A stretch of DNA of 64,000 bases from an uncultured Planctomycetaceae bacterium (GCA_963785305.1 CAWAUV010000009.1:256001-320000); one strand, 5' to 3'. Shown: positions 10,664 to 19,757, counted from the first letter of the stretch. The notes: generated by a model not told the origin, from the sequence alone. Translations and numbers: made by a program.

Positions 10664-12598
10664 GTGCGCCGGCGCGAAGCCGGAGGAGAGTAGCGAATGA
10701 AAGAGTCGCACGAGGCAAGGCCTAGCCAGCCACCTCGGCCTCGAGTGATGCGTCGTGTCGGGCAACTGGCAGGGCGAAGCGTTCACAGAGGCACGGCCGG
10801 GCGGTGTATCGAGCTCCGAAAACATTCTTTTGTGGCGGCCGACCTTGTCCTGACCCCGTCGCTCGATACATGCGGGAAGGCAACAGTGATGTCGAACGAT
10901 CATGGCGAGTCCGACGTCTCCCCCACGGAGTCTGAGACCACCCGCACGGCCGGAAACTTTTCTCGCGGAAGCCGGGAGATCCCGGGAACATCCGTTTCAC
11001 CGGAAGCGGATCGGTCGGAGAAGCGCGAGGCCACAAGTCCGACATGCACGTTCCCGGGGAGTCAGACAGTTCCATAGTACCAAAGAAGCAGGCGAACAAC
11101 GACAGCGTGCCGCTGTCGGCGGAGCCCGTGGAGGGAAGGGAGCTGACCGAGGAGAACGCCGAGCAGTCGCTACTGGACCGGACACAGCGCCGGACTCCCA
11201 GGTCGCGCGGACTGCTGGGCGTGCGAGAAGCGGCACAACGCGACAAGAAGATGCGGTTCAACAATCTGCTGAACCATGTCACGCCCGAACTGCTGGTGGC
11301 GAGTTTCTTCGACCTGAAGAAGCAAGCCGCGCCCGGCGTCGATGGCCTGACATGGGCTCAATACGCCACCGATTTCGAAACGCGGATCGACGATCCGCAC
11401 AGTCGAATCCATCGGGGAGCCTATCGAGCCAGGCCGTCCAAGCGAACTTGGATTCCCAAGCTCGACGGCAAGCCGCGGCCCCTCGGGATCGCGGCGCTGG
11501 AGGACAAGATCGTCCAGCAAGCCGTACGGACGATCCTGGAGTGCATCTACGAAGAGGACTTTCTGGGTTTCAGTTACGGCTTTCGTCCTGGACGAAGCTG
11601 TCACCGAGCCTTGGACGCGCTCTACGTGGGCATCAAGAAGCGGAAAGTGAACTGGATTTTGGATGCGGACATCCGCGGCTTCTTCGACAACATCGACCAC
11701 GCATGGTTGATGAAGTTCCTGGAGCATCGGATCGCCGACCGACGACTGCTTCGGCTGCTGAAGAAATGGCTTCGAGCCGGAGTGTCGGAAGATGGCGAAT
11801 GGTCCCCGAGCACCGTGGGAACACCTCAAGGAGCGGTGATTTCGCCGCTCTATTCGAACGTGTTCTTGCACTATGTTCTGGACCTGTGGCTGGTGGCGTG
11901 GCGGAAACGCCATGCCGTGGGCGAGGTCATCATCGTGCGCTATGCGGACGATTTCGTAGTCGGATTCCGCGAGGAGTCCGACGCGCGACGCTGCCTGGCG
12001 GCGCTCCGGGAACGCTTCACCAAATTCGGTTTGGAACCGCACCCGGAGAAGACGCGGCTGATCGAGTTCGGACGCTATGCGGCCGAACGACGATCGAAGC
12101 GTGGCGATGGCCCACCGGAGACATTCGACTTCCTGGGCTTCACCCACATCAGTGGCGTGACCCGGAAGGGCGAATTCACCATTCGCCGCATCTCATCGGC
12201 CAAGAAGTTTCGTGGCAAACTGCGCGAACTGAAAGAAGCGCTACGCGGGAAAATGCACATGGACTTGGCGCAAGTCGGGCCATGGCTATCGAGCGTTTAC
12301 CGGGGATGGCTCAATTACCATGCGATTCCCGGCAACTCGGTGCGATTGCAACAATTCCGCACGGCGCTCCAGAAACTCTGGCTCCGCATGCTGCGGCGAC
12401 GCAGCCAACGCGGACGCCGGATGACCTGGCGGAAGTTCTCGCAGCTTTGCAAACGATGGCTTCCCACCCCGAAAATCCTGCATCCTTATCCCGAAGTGCG
12501 GTTTGATCGTTTGTATCCAAGGTAGGAGCCGTATGCGGTAGTTCCGCACGTACGGATCTGTGCGGGGGGTGGCCCGAAAGGGCCATCCCTACCGCGAT
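10664..12598 (+). mobile_element. Group II intron, copy 1 (1935 nt), RT/maturase-encoding, no endonuclease domain
   Basis: 5' GTGCGCC; domain V GAGCCGTATGCGGTAGTTCCGCACGTACGGATC at 12526; domain VI ending CCCTACCGCGAT. Boundaries confirmed by identity with copy 2 and by the uninterrupted target at 15137-15170. Confidence 0.95.
11044..12525 (+). CDS. ltrA: Group II intron reverse transcriptase/maturase
   Basis: APGVDG, RPLGI, SYGFRPGR, DADIRGFFD, GTPQG, RYADD, FDFLGF; ends after domain X with no HNH domain. Exact start uncertain. Confidence 0.93.
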   Translation: MHVPGESDSSIVPKKQANNDSVPLSAEPVEGRELTEENAEQSLLDRTQRRTPRSRGLLGVREAAQRDKKMRFNNLLNHVTPELLVASFFDLKKQAAPGVDGLTWAQYATDFETRIDDPHSRIHRGAYRARPSKRTWIPKLDGKPRPLGIAALEDKIVQQAVRTILECIYEEDFLGFSYGFRPGRSCHRALDALYVGIKKRKVNWILDADIRGFFDNIDHAWLMKFLEHRIADRRLLRLLKKWLRAGVSEDGEWSPSTVGTPQGAVISPLYSNVFLHYVLDLWLVAWRKRHAVGEVIIVRYADDFVVGFREESDARRCLAALRERFTKFGLEPHPEKTRLIEFGRYAAERRSKRGDGPPETFDFLGFTHISGVTRKGEFTIRRISSAKKFRGKLRELKEALRGKMHMDLAQVGPWLSSVYRGWLNYHAIPGNSVRLQQFRTALQKLWLRMLRRRSQRGRRMTWRKFSQLCKRWLPTPKILHPYPEVRFDRLYPR

Positions 12599-13010
12599 AC
12601 TCATTGATTTTGCTGGCGGTTGTTGGTTGGCTGGCGGACATGCCACGAGGCGACGAAGCTGGCGGCGTCTACCATGCCCTGAATCGAGCGAATGCCCGGG
12701 CCAAGATATTCCGCGACGACGCGGATTACGCAGCCTTCGAGCGAGTGCTCGGCGAAGGGCTCGCGCGACATGCCGGCGGGTTGTTCGCTTACCAGTTGAT
12801 ACCCAGCCACCGGCGCCGCTGGCGGAACGAGATCTCGCCGCATTGCGCGGCGAGGGTCTCCCTTCGGCGAGCCGACTTGGACCGAAGCGACGGCAAGGCG
12901 CCCGCGGCTGACCTCGACCCTAGGACCTCGTGGTCGTCCGCAAGTCCATTTTTCCGATACGGCTCCCGACCCTACACCAAACAATGAGTCCTGACCCGTT
13001 AGAATTCTCT
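12599..13010 (+). mobile_element. Internally deleted Y1/HUH (RAYT-like) transposase element, copy A; its left end (10647-10663) is split off by intron 1
   Basis: MPRGDEAGGVYHALNRANARAKIFRDDADYAAFE...AYQLIPSH joined directly to a C-terminal RGSPFG...PRGRP segment; bounded by inverted copies of GGGTCAGGACTCATTG. Confidence 0.8.
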
Positions 13011-13409
13011 AGAGGCTTCGATAGGAAGCGCAGAGACGATTACGTTTCGTCGATTGAGCAGAAGATCAAAGCCCAAAATGGAAAAATCGAATTCACGGAA
13101 GGGCAAAAGAAGCGAAAAGAAGGGATCATAGCGAAGGAAGAAAACAACATTAGTACCAGAGCATACAAGCCCAATGTACTTTTGAAACAGCCGCTCACTG
13201 TTGCGGAGCTGAGAAGGCGATTAGGAGGTCCAGATTCCATCATCAATGACAAGTTTACTCATCAGGTCTGGATTTATAATTTCAGCGACGGGCGAATTAT
13301 GGTACCGGTCAGTGGCGCTGACGACTCTTCGCCCGCCAATAATTCGGGTGATGTATCCAAAGACTCCACGAAAGTCTCTTTGAATCCCCATGATATTCAA
13401 ATGCTTTGA
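12984..13409 (+). CDS. Hypothetical AT-richer ORF, probably 5'-truncated; its ATG lies inside the repeat motif
   Basis: Open frame MSPDPLEFSRGFDRK...LTVAELRRRLGGPDS...VWIYNF; abrupt composition change at 13010; no clear RBS. Confidence 0.5.
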   Translation: MSPDPLEFSRGFDRKRRDDYVSSIEQKIKAQNGKIEFTEGQKKRKEGIIAKEENNISTRAYKPNVLLKQPLTVAELRRRLGGPDSIINDKFTHQVWIYNFSDGRIMVPVSGADDSSPANNSGDVSKDSTKVSLNPHDIQML

Positions 13410-13427
13410 TGTAGCCATTGATTATGA

Positions 13428-14279
13428 TTACATTCTTGCTAGGAGATCGGCTTTTTTCTTTTCAAATTCCTCGGTCGTGAGAATCCCTTTTTCTCGGAGC
13501 GCCGATAGCTTTTCAATTTGAGCGGGAATGTCGTTGTGCTCGTTACGTGGTGTGTCGCTTGACTGCCGGAGAAACTTTTCAAAAATGCCGTGGTTCCTCA
13601 TTCGATCAATTAGCACTTGGCACCTTTTGGCTTGCCCCATAACAGTTATGCCCGATAGCATTTCGAGCCGAAGAAGAATGTCCTTTGCGTTGTCGTCCTG
13701 GTACTTAATGTGGATGTTGTTCTGCTGGTTCAATTGGCGAGAGTTTAGCCCGCCAAGAATTCCCTCGACCGTCCCCACTTTTCTTTCGACAATATCTAGC
13801 GCAAGAGTCTTGTTGAATGGAATAACCAATCCCTTGAACCAACCTTTCGACCCAAGTGTCGGTTTGAACTCAAACCGGTCGCTAAACATCTTCAAATCGA
13901 TCATTCCTGCCTTTTCCTTCGGGTAGTCGGGATGGCCGCCTCGGTAAACCACTGAATACGATTCGATTAAATCTGTGTCCGACGACCTACCACCAAACAA
14001 CGAACCGAACAATCCCCTTGCTTCCTCCGCGCGTTTTGCAAATGGGATGCTATCCATGAATTCCATAGCTGCCGGTTCGGGAACCGCTTCCGCAGAAATT
14101 GGAACGGGAATAGGTGGCCCTGCGGTGGCCGGCGGTAGCGGTGGTGCGGTTGGTCGTGGTGCGGACGCGGTAAGAACGAACTGTCCCCGGCACTTCGGGC
14201 AGGCAGCTTTTTTTCCGAGATGCTCGATTAGAACATGGGCAATCTTTCCGCACACGGGACACTGAACCTCGACCTTCAT
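13428..14279 (-). CDS. Zinc-ribbon / Pro-rich linker / SHOCT domain protein
   Basis: CPVCG...CPKC N-terminus; C-terminal IPAQIEKLSALREKGILTTEEFEKKKADLL (SHOCT pattern); GAGGAG RBS; AT-richer than the flanks. Confidence 0.8.
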   Translation of the reverse strand: MKVEVQCPVCGKIAHVLIEHLGKKAACPKCRGQFVLTASAPRPTAPPLPPATAGPPIPVPISAEAVPEPAAMEFMDSIPFAKRAEEARGLFGSLFGGRSSDTDLIESYSVVYRGGHPDYPKEKAGMIDLKMFSDRFEFKPTLGSKGWFKGLVIPFNKTLALDIVERKVGTVEGILGGLNSRQLNQQNNIHIKYQDDNAKDILLRLEMLSGITVMGQAKRCQVLIDRMRNHGIFEKFLRQSSDTPRNEHNDIPAQIEKLSALREKGILTTEEFEKKKADLLARM

Positions 14280-14299
14280 ACGTCTACTCCTCAGTAAGT

Positions 14300-15136
14300 G
14301 GCTCTTCCGTTTCCGAGTGTTTTGCTTGGGGATTCGGGATGGTTTTCTGGCGTTCGGGGGTTGGTCGGGTAGAATGGCGTGGAGGAGGCCGGGCGAGTCT
14401 CGATTTTACCTGAATGGAGTGGAGCCATGAATAGCGTCGCCGTCGAGATTGAAATGGATTTTCCGGACGGGGTGGCCGTCCGCGGCTACGAGCGTCATCA
14501 AGGCGCTCATGTGTTCGAGGTGGCCTTCGAGCTGCCCGAGCGCTGCGTGTGCCCAAAATGCCGGCACGAGGCGGCGGCGCAGCTTCGCGAGAAAGATGAA
14601 GTGCTCGCCATCCGCGACCTGGACCTGATGCGCGAGCCGACATTCTGGACCTATCGGCCGTTCTTGCATCAATGTCCCAAGTGCCGGCAGCGGACGCAGG
14701 TCGGGACGCCGTTCAAGCGTCCGCGCGTGACTTACACCTATCGTTTCGAGCAGTTCGTGTTCGAGCAACTGGTGGGCACGAGCGTCGAGGAGGTGGCGCG
14801 GCGCCTGGGCATCTCCGCCGAGACGGTCGAACGCATCCTGGAGTGGCGCCTGACGAGCGAGCGCGCCATTTCGCCCGAGCGCGTGATCACCAGCGTGGGT
14901 CTCGACGAATTGAGTCTCAAGAAACGACACAAGTTGTACGCCACGGTGCTCAGCGATCTATCCGATCCGAAGCATCCGCGAATTCTGGCGGTGGCCAAGG
15001 GTCGAGACCGCGAGGCGACCGAGGCCTGCCTGGCCAAGCTTTCGCCGGAGCAACGGGCCCAAGTCGTCTCGCATCGCACGGACATGAGCGCCGTGTATCC
15101 GGAAGTCTGCAAAAGCTGGCTGCCGAACAGCCAGTT
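14300..15136 (+). mobile_element. ISL3-family IS, 3'-truncated (transposase from 14427, frame closes at 15167 inside the repeat motif)
   Basis: Left end GGCTCTTCCG; CVCPKC...IRDL...CPKC zinc finger, HTH (VARRLGIS), GLDE and TDM motifs; the DRFH and later catalytic region are missing. Confidence 0.85.
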
Positions 15137-15170
15137 GGAACAATCCAAAGGGGTCAGGAGTCATTGATTT
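15137..15170 (+). repeat. Uninterrupted copy of the island motif (intron target / element end)
   Basis: GGAACAATCCAAAGGGGTCAGG is identical to 17524-17545 (22 nt) and is followed by AGTCATTGATTT. Confidence 0.9.
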
Positions 15171-15186
15171 AACTGATAACCGGTGT

Positions 15187-16809
15187 TTGACTCGCGAGCA
15201 GACAGCGTTTTATCTTCGACGACCCGGCGGACAGCGGCTCCGCTGGCGGACGCCAAGCCGTGTTCCAGTTCCAAACCACCGGCGATGGCGCGAGCGCTCC
15301 GCGCCCAGCGCGGCGAATCTCACCGATCGCTATCTCTGGGGACCGGCGGTCGATCAACTTCTGGCCGACGAGCAAGTCACCGACCCGAGCACGCCCGGCA
15401 ATATCTTGTGGACGCTCGACGACGGCCAAAACACGGTGCGCGACACGATCGATTCGAGCGGCGCGATCGAAGACCACATCACCTACAACGCCTTCGGCCA
15501 ACCGCTCAGCCACACCGCGCCGAATCCAGCGGCCGTCGACGCCGTGTTCGGCTACGACGGCCTCTTCACCGACCCCACCACCGGCGACGACTTCGCCGTG
15601 AACCGGGTATACGATCCGTCGAGCGGAACCTGGCTCACGCCGGATCCGGCGCAAGCGGATGTCAACACCTACCGCGCCTTCGGCAACAGCCCGACGAACG
15701 AGGTCGATCCCGAAGGACTCGTGGGCGAGAACAAGCCGGAAGATTCCGCCGCGGAAAACAATTCGCAGCCTTCGCCCGAAGATGTCGCGAATCGGATTTC
15801 CGACGAAGAACTGAATCTTCTCGGGGAGACTCGAGAGTCCGTTCTCCGCGATCTGAATTGGGCCGCGAAGACCAACAATTCGCCCGACGCACAGCGGGTC
15901 GCGCTCACCGGTGGAACCTTGGCCGACCGCGACCCCTTGTTCGGGCCGTTGATGATGGACCTCCAAGGCGCGCAGCTTGTCATCAACACGACGAGCGTGA
16001 TGGTGGGCGCGCAAATCGGGCCGGCGATGGCGCCGGTCCTCGCCACGGGCATTCCGGTCGCGTTCGGCGAGGCCACCATCCTCGCCAATGAAGCCGCGGT
16101 CGCGGCTTATGTCGCGGGCGACACCGCAATCGCGGCCCTTCCGCCGGCCGCGACATCGGTGACGAACTGGGCCGTAGGCGGAGGCGTGGCGACCTATCTG
16201 ATCACCGAAGATGGCGAATCCGCGATCATTGTCGCGACCGCGATCATCAGTATGCATCCGGAACAAGCCGCGGCGGAATTGTCGCAAGGGGCCATGAAAG
16301 TCGGCAACACGGCGCAGCGCCTCGTGGCACAATGCCCACGTTTGAACCCGGCGAATTACAGCCCGCCCCAAGGCGCCTTCATGGGCACGCCGCTGTTTAG
16401 GTATAATGCGCCAAGTAATGTGCCGCCAGCTACAGGGCCGGTGAATACGCCGCTGTTGCAGCGATACTTGAACGAAAGTGGCGGGCGATGGGGAGGCACT
16501 GCCACTCGACAGCTCAACCATGCAGAAGCGACCGCGCTCGAACGCCAGGGCTTCAGAGTAACGAACGGTGCTGGCCGAGGGCCGGAGGAATGGTTTGCAG
16601 GACCGGGAGGTGGTACAACGGGCGGAACTTTCGTCGATATAACTGCAACCAGGGGTGGCCAAACCGTTCGCGTTCAAACCGTCACTACGCTTGCCGATGG
16701 AGTGACCCTTACTCCAAGCGAGGCAGCGGCCGCCGCAAGAATTCGAGCTAGATTCCCTGGCGACCAGCTAATCATCGTTTCTAAGCAGACTGGACAAGTG
16801 ATCCCATGA
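15187..16809 (+). CDS. Orphan (5'-truncated) Rhs core end plus C-terminal toxin domain
   Basis: DRYLWGPAVDQLLADEQ, ITYNAFG, NRVYDPSSGTWLTPDP, YRAFGNSPTNEVDPEGL (Rhs-associated core and DPxGL cleavage motif), then a variable C-terminus. Confidence 0.85.
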   Translation: MTREQTAFYLRRPGGQRLRWRTPSRVPVPNHRRWRERSAPSAANLTDRYLWGPAVDQLLADEQVTDPSTPGNILWTLDDGQNTVRDTIDSSGAIEDHITYNAFGQPLSHTAPNPAAVDAVFGYDGLFTDPTTGDDFAVNRVYDPSSGTWLTPDPAQADVNTYRAFGNSPTNEVDPEGLVGENKPEDSAAENNSQPSPEDVANRISDEELNLLGETRESVLRDLNWAAKTNNSPDAQRVALTGGTLADRDPLFGPLMMDLQGAQLVINTTSVMVGAQIGPAMAPVLATGIPVAFGEATILANEAAVAAYVAGDTAIAALPPAATSVTNWAVGGGVATYLITEDGESAIIVATAIISMHPEQAAAELSQGAMKVGNTAQRLVAQCPRLNPANYSPPQGAFMGTPLFRYNAPSNVPPATGPVNTPLLQRYLNESGGRWGGTATRQLNHAEATALERQGFRVTNGAGRGPEEWFAGPGGGTTGGTFVDITATRGGQTVRVQTVTTLADGVTLTPSEAAAAARIRARFPGDQLIIVSKQTGQVIP

Positions 16810-17354
16810 AGACCATCCACTTTTTTGCCCTTCGGGAAGACCTACTCGCCTTGCTTGAGTTGGTAGAAAGCAAGGGGCCGCTCAAGTACGCCCTCACGGG
16901 AAACTTTGCGAAAGATGAACTCAAGGCCGGTGTAAGTGTGTTCGACGCCGGCGCGAAGATTCCGAATCTCGGCAAGGCTGCTGGTGATTCGTCTACGATT
17001 TGCGACGCTTACCTGGTTTGTGATGGAGAAACGCCAATCAATCTGCGTCACTTGGATGCGGTCGATGACAGTGGGCGTGTCTGCCTGGATCAATTGGCGA
17101 TCACCGACTCAGTAGTGTTCCTGCCAGGTGGTGCGTGGGATGGCAGCGTTGTTATTCAAGGGCATGTCGGAACAGCCTCAGATTCGCAACTATCCCAAGC
17201 GCTCATGAAGCGATTCCAAGCCGCGATAAAGAAATCGTTCACCAAGGTTAAGGCCTTCTATGTCGGGCCAAATGCAATGACGCGATTGGAAAAGGGAGAA
17301 CGCTTGACAAATTCTGCGCGTTCCCCGCGCGAATACGACTTGGCGTTAACGTAG
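16806..17354 (+). CDS. Putative cognate immunity protein
   Basis: ATGA overlap with the Rhs stop codon; 182 aa; same AT-richer composition as the toxin tip. Function inferred from position. Confidence 0.7.
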   Translation: MKTIHFFALREDLLALLELVESKGPLKYALTGNFAKDELKAGVSVFDAGAKIPNLGKAAGDSSTICDAYLVCDGETPINLRHLDAVDDSGRVCLDQLAITDSVVFLPGGAWDGSVVIQGHVGTASDSQLSQALMKRFQAAIKKSFTKVKAFYVGPNAMTRLEKGERLTNSARSPREYDLALT

Positions 17355-17545
17355 CAATAAGCCTGCGGCTGTGTCGTCACTGCCACGTTCCGCTTCTCTT
17401 TGGCCTGTTTCTATGCGATTAGGGGCTATGTCGGCTCGGTAGGTCTGGTCACTTCTTCCTGAATGCCCCTTCCCGGCCGTGCCTCAAGCCCTGACGGTTC
17501 GGCTGGCGTGGTTCCTGCTTGCCGGAACAATCCAAAGGGGTCAGG

Positions 17546-19465
17546 GTGCGCCGGCGCGAAGCCGGAGGAGAGTCGCGAATGAAAGAGTCGCACGAGGCAA
17601 GGCCTAGCCAGCCACCTCGGCCTCGAGTGATGCGTCGTGTCGGGCAACTGGCAGGGCGAAGCGTTCACAGAGGCACGGCCGGGCGGTGTATCGAGCTCCG
17701 AAAACATTCTTTTGTGGCGGCCGACCTTGTCCTGACAAAGGGAAGGCAACAGTGATGTCGAACGATCATGGCGAGTCCGACGTCTCCCCCACGGAGTCTG
17801 AGACCACCCGCACGGCCGGAAACTTTTCTCGCGGAAGCCGGGAGATCCCGGGAACATCCGCTTCACCGGAAGCGGATCGGTCGGAGAAGGCGCGAGGCCA
17901 CAAGTCCGACATGCACGTTCCCGGGGAGTCAGACAGTTCCATAGTACCAAAGAAGCAGGCGAACAACGACAGCGTGCCGCTGTCGGCGGAGCCCGTGGAG
18001 GGAAGGGAGCTGACCGAGGAGAACGCCGAGCAGTCGCTACTGGACCGGACACACGCCGGGCTCCCAGGTCGCGCGGACTGCTGGGCGTGCGAGAAGCGGC
18101 ACAACGCGACAAGAAGATGCGGTTCAACAATCTGCTGAACCATGTCACGCCCGAACTGCTGGTGGCGAGTTTCTTCGACCTGAAGAAGCAAGCCGCGCCC
18201 GGCGTCGATGGCCTGACATGGGCTCAATACGCCACCGATTTCGAAACGCGGATCGACGATCCGCACAGTCGAATCCATCGGGGAGCTTATCGAGCCAGGC
18301 CGTCCAAGCGAACTTGGATTCCCAAGCTCGACGGCAAGCCGCGGCCCCTCGGGATCGCGGCGCTGGAGGACAAGATCGTCCAGCAAGCCGTACGGACGAT
18401 CCTGGAGTGCATCTACGAAGAGGACTTTCTGGGTTTCAGTTACGGCTTTCGTCCTGGACGAAGCTGTCACCGAGCCTTGGACGCGCTCTACGTGGGCATC
18501 AAGAAGCGGAAGGTGAACTGGATTTTGGATGCGGACATCCGCGGCTTCTTCGACAACATCGACCACGCATGGTTGATGAAGTTCCTGGAGCATCGGATCG
18601 CCGACCGACGACTGCTTCGGCTGCTGAAGAAATGGCTTCGAGCCGGAGTGTCGGAAGATGGCGAATGGTCCCCGAGCACCGTGGGAACACCTCAAGGAGC
18701 GGTGATTTCGCCGCTCTATTCGAACGTGTTCTTGCACTATGTTCTGGACCTGTGGCTGGTGGCGTGGCGGAAACGCCATGCCGTGGGCGAGGTCATCATC
18801 GTGCGCTATGCGGACGATTTCGTAGTCGGATTCCGCGAGGAGTCCGACGCGCGACGCTGCCTGGCGGCGCTCCGGGAACGCTTCACCAAATTCGGTTTGG
18901 AACCGCACCCGGAGAAGACGCGGCTGATCGAGTTCGGACGCTATGCGGCCGAACGACGATCGAAGCGTGGCGATGGCCCACCGGAGAACATTCGACTTCC
19001 TGGGCTTCACCCACATCAGTGGCGTGACCCGGAAGGGCGAATTCACCATTCGCCGCATCTCATCGGCCAAGAAGTTTCGTGGCAAACTGCGCGAACTGAA
19101 AGAAGCGCTGCGCGGGAAAATGCACATGGACTTGCGCAAGTCGGGCCATGGCTATCGAGCGTTTACCGGGGATGGCTCAATTACCATGCGATTCCCGGCA
19201 ACTCGGTGCGATTGCAACAATTCCGCACGGCGCTTCCAGAAACTCTGGCTCCGCATGCTGCGGCGACGCAGCCAACGCGGACGCCGGATGACCTGGCGGA
19301 AGTTCTCGCAGCTTTGCAAACGATGGCTTCCCACCCCGAAAATCCTGCATCCTTATCCCGAAGTGCGGTTTGATCGTTTGTATCCAAGGTAGGAGCCGTA
19401 TGCGGTAGTTCCGCACGTACGGATCTGTGCGGGGGGTGGCCCGAAAGGGCCATCCCTACCGCGAT
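17546..19465 (+). mobile_element. Group II intron, copy 2 (1920 nt); IEP broken by single-base indels near 18055, 18987, 19135, 19235
   Basis: Near-identical to 10664-12598, with the same GGGGTCAGG / ACTCATTG exon junction. Confidence 0.95.
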
Positions 19466-19645
19466 ACTCATTGTTTGGCGTGGGGGTCGGGCGCCGTATC
19501 GGAAAAATGCGATTGCGTGCGGCCACGAGGTCGCGGGGGCGAGGTTAGACGCGGGCGCTTTGCCATCGCTTCGGTCCAAGTCGGCTCGCCGAACGGACGC
19601 CCGCGCCGCGGCGAGCGCCTCGTTCCGCCAGCGGCGCCAGAGGCT
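19466..19645 (-). mobile_element. Partial Y1/HUH element, copy B (inverted; its right end is split by intron 2 and continues at 17545-17524)
   Basis: Reverse complement matches the 3' half of copies A and C (CCGCTGGCGGAACGAG...CGAGCCGACTTGGACCGAAGCG...CCAAACAATGAGT). Confidence 0.8.
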
Positions 19646-19720
19646 ATTCAACAGGCCGCGCCGCCGCGGGGATGCCGTGTCATTATAACGACCTTTCAGC
19701 TAACCGAGTACTTCGGCGAG

Positions 19721-19753
19721 CCCTCACCCTACCCTCTCCCAAAGGGAGAGGGG
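19721..19753. repeat. CCCTCACCC-type palindromic repeat (BoxC-like hairpin)
   Basis: CCCTCACCCTA CCCTCTCCC AAA GGGAGAGGG; perfect 9-bp stem. Confidence 0.7.
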
Positions 19754-19757
19754 GAGA

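Noticed and set aside
11044..19392. Retron, DGR or defence-associated reverse transcriptase
   Set aside because: Both RTs lie inside full group II intron RNAs with a GTGCG start and domains V and VI. The two copies do not differ in an adenine-specific TR/VR pattern.
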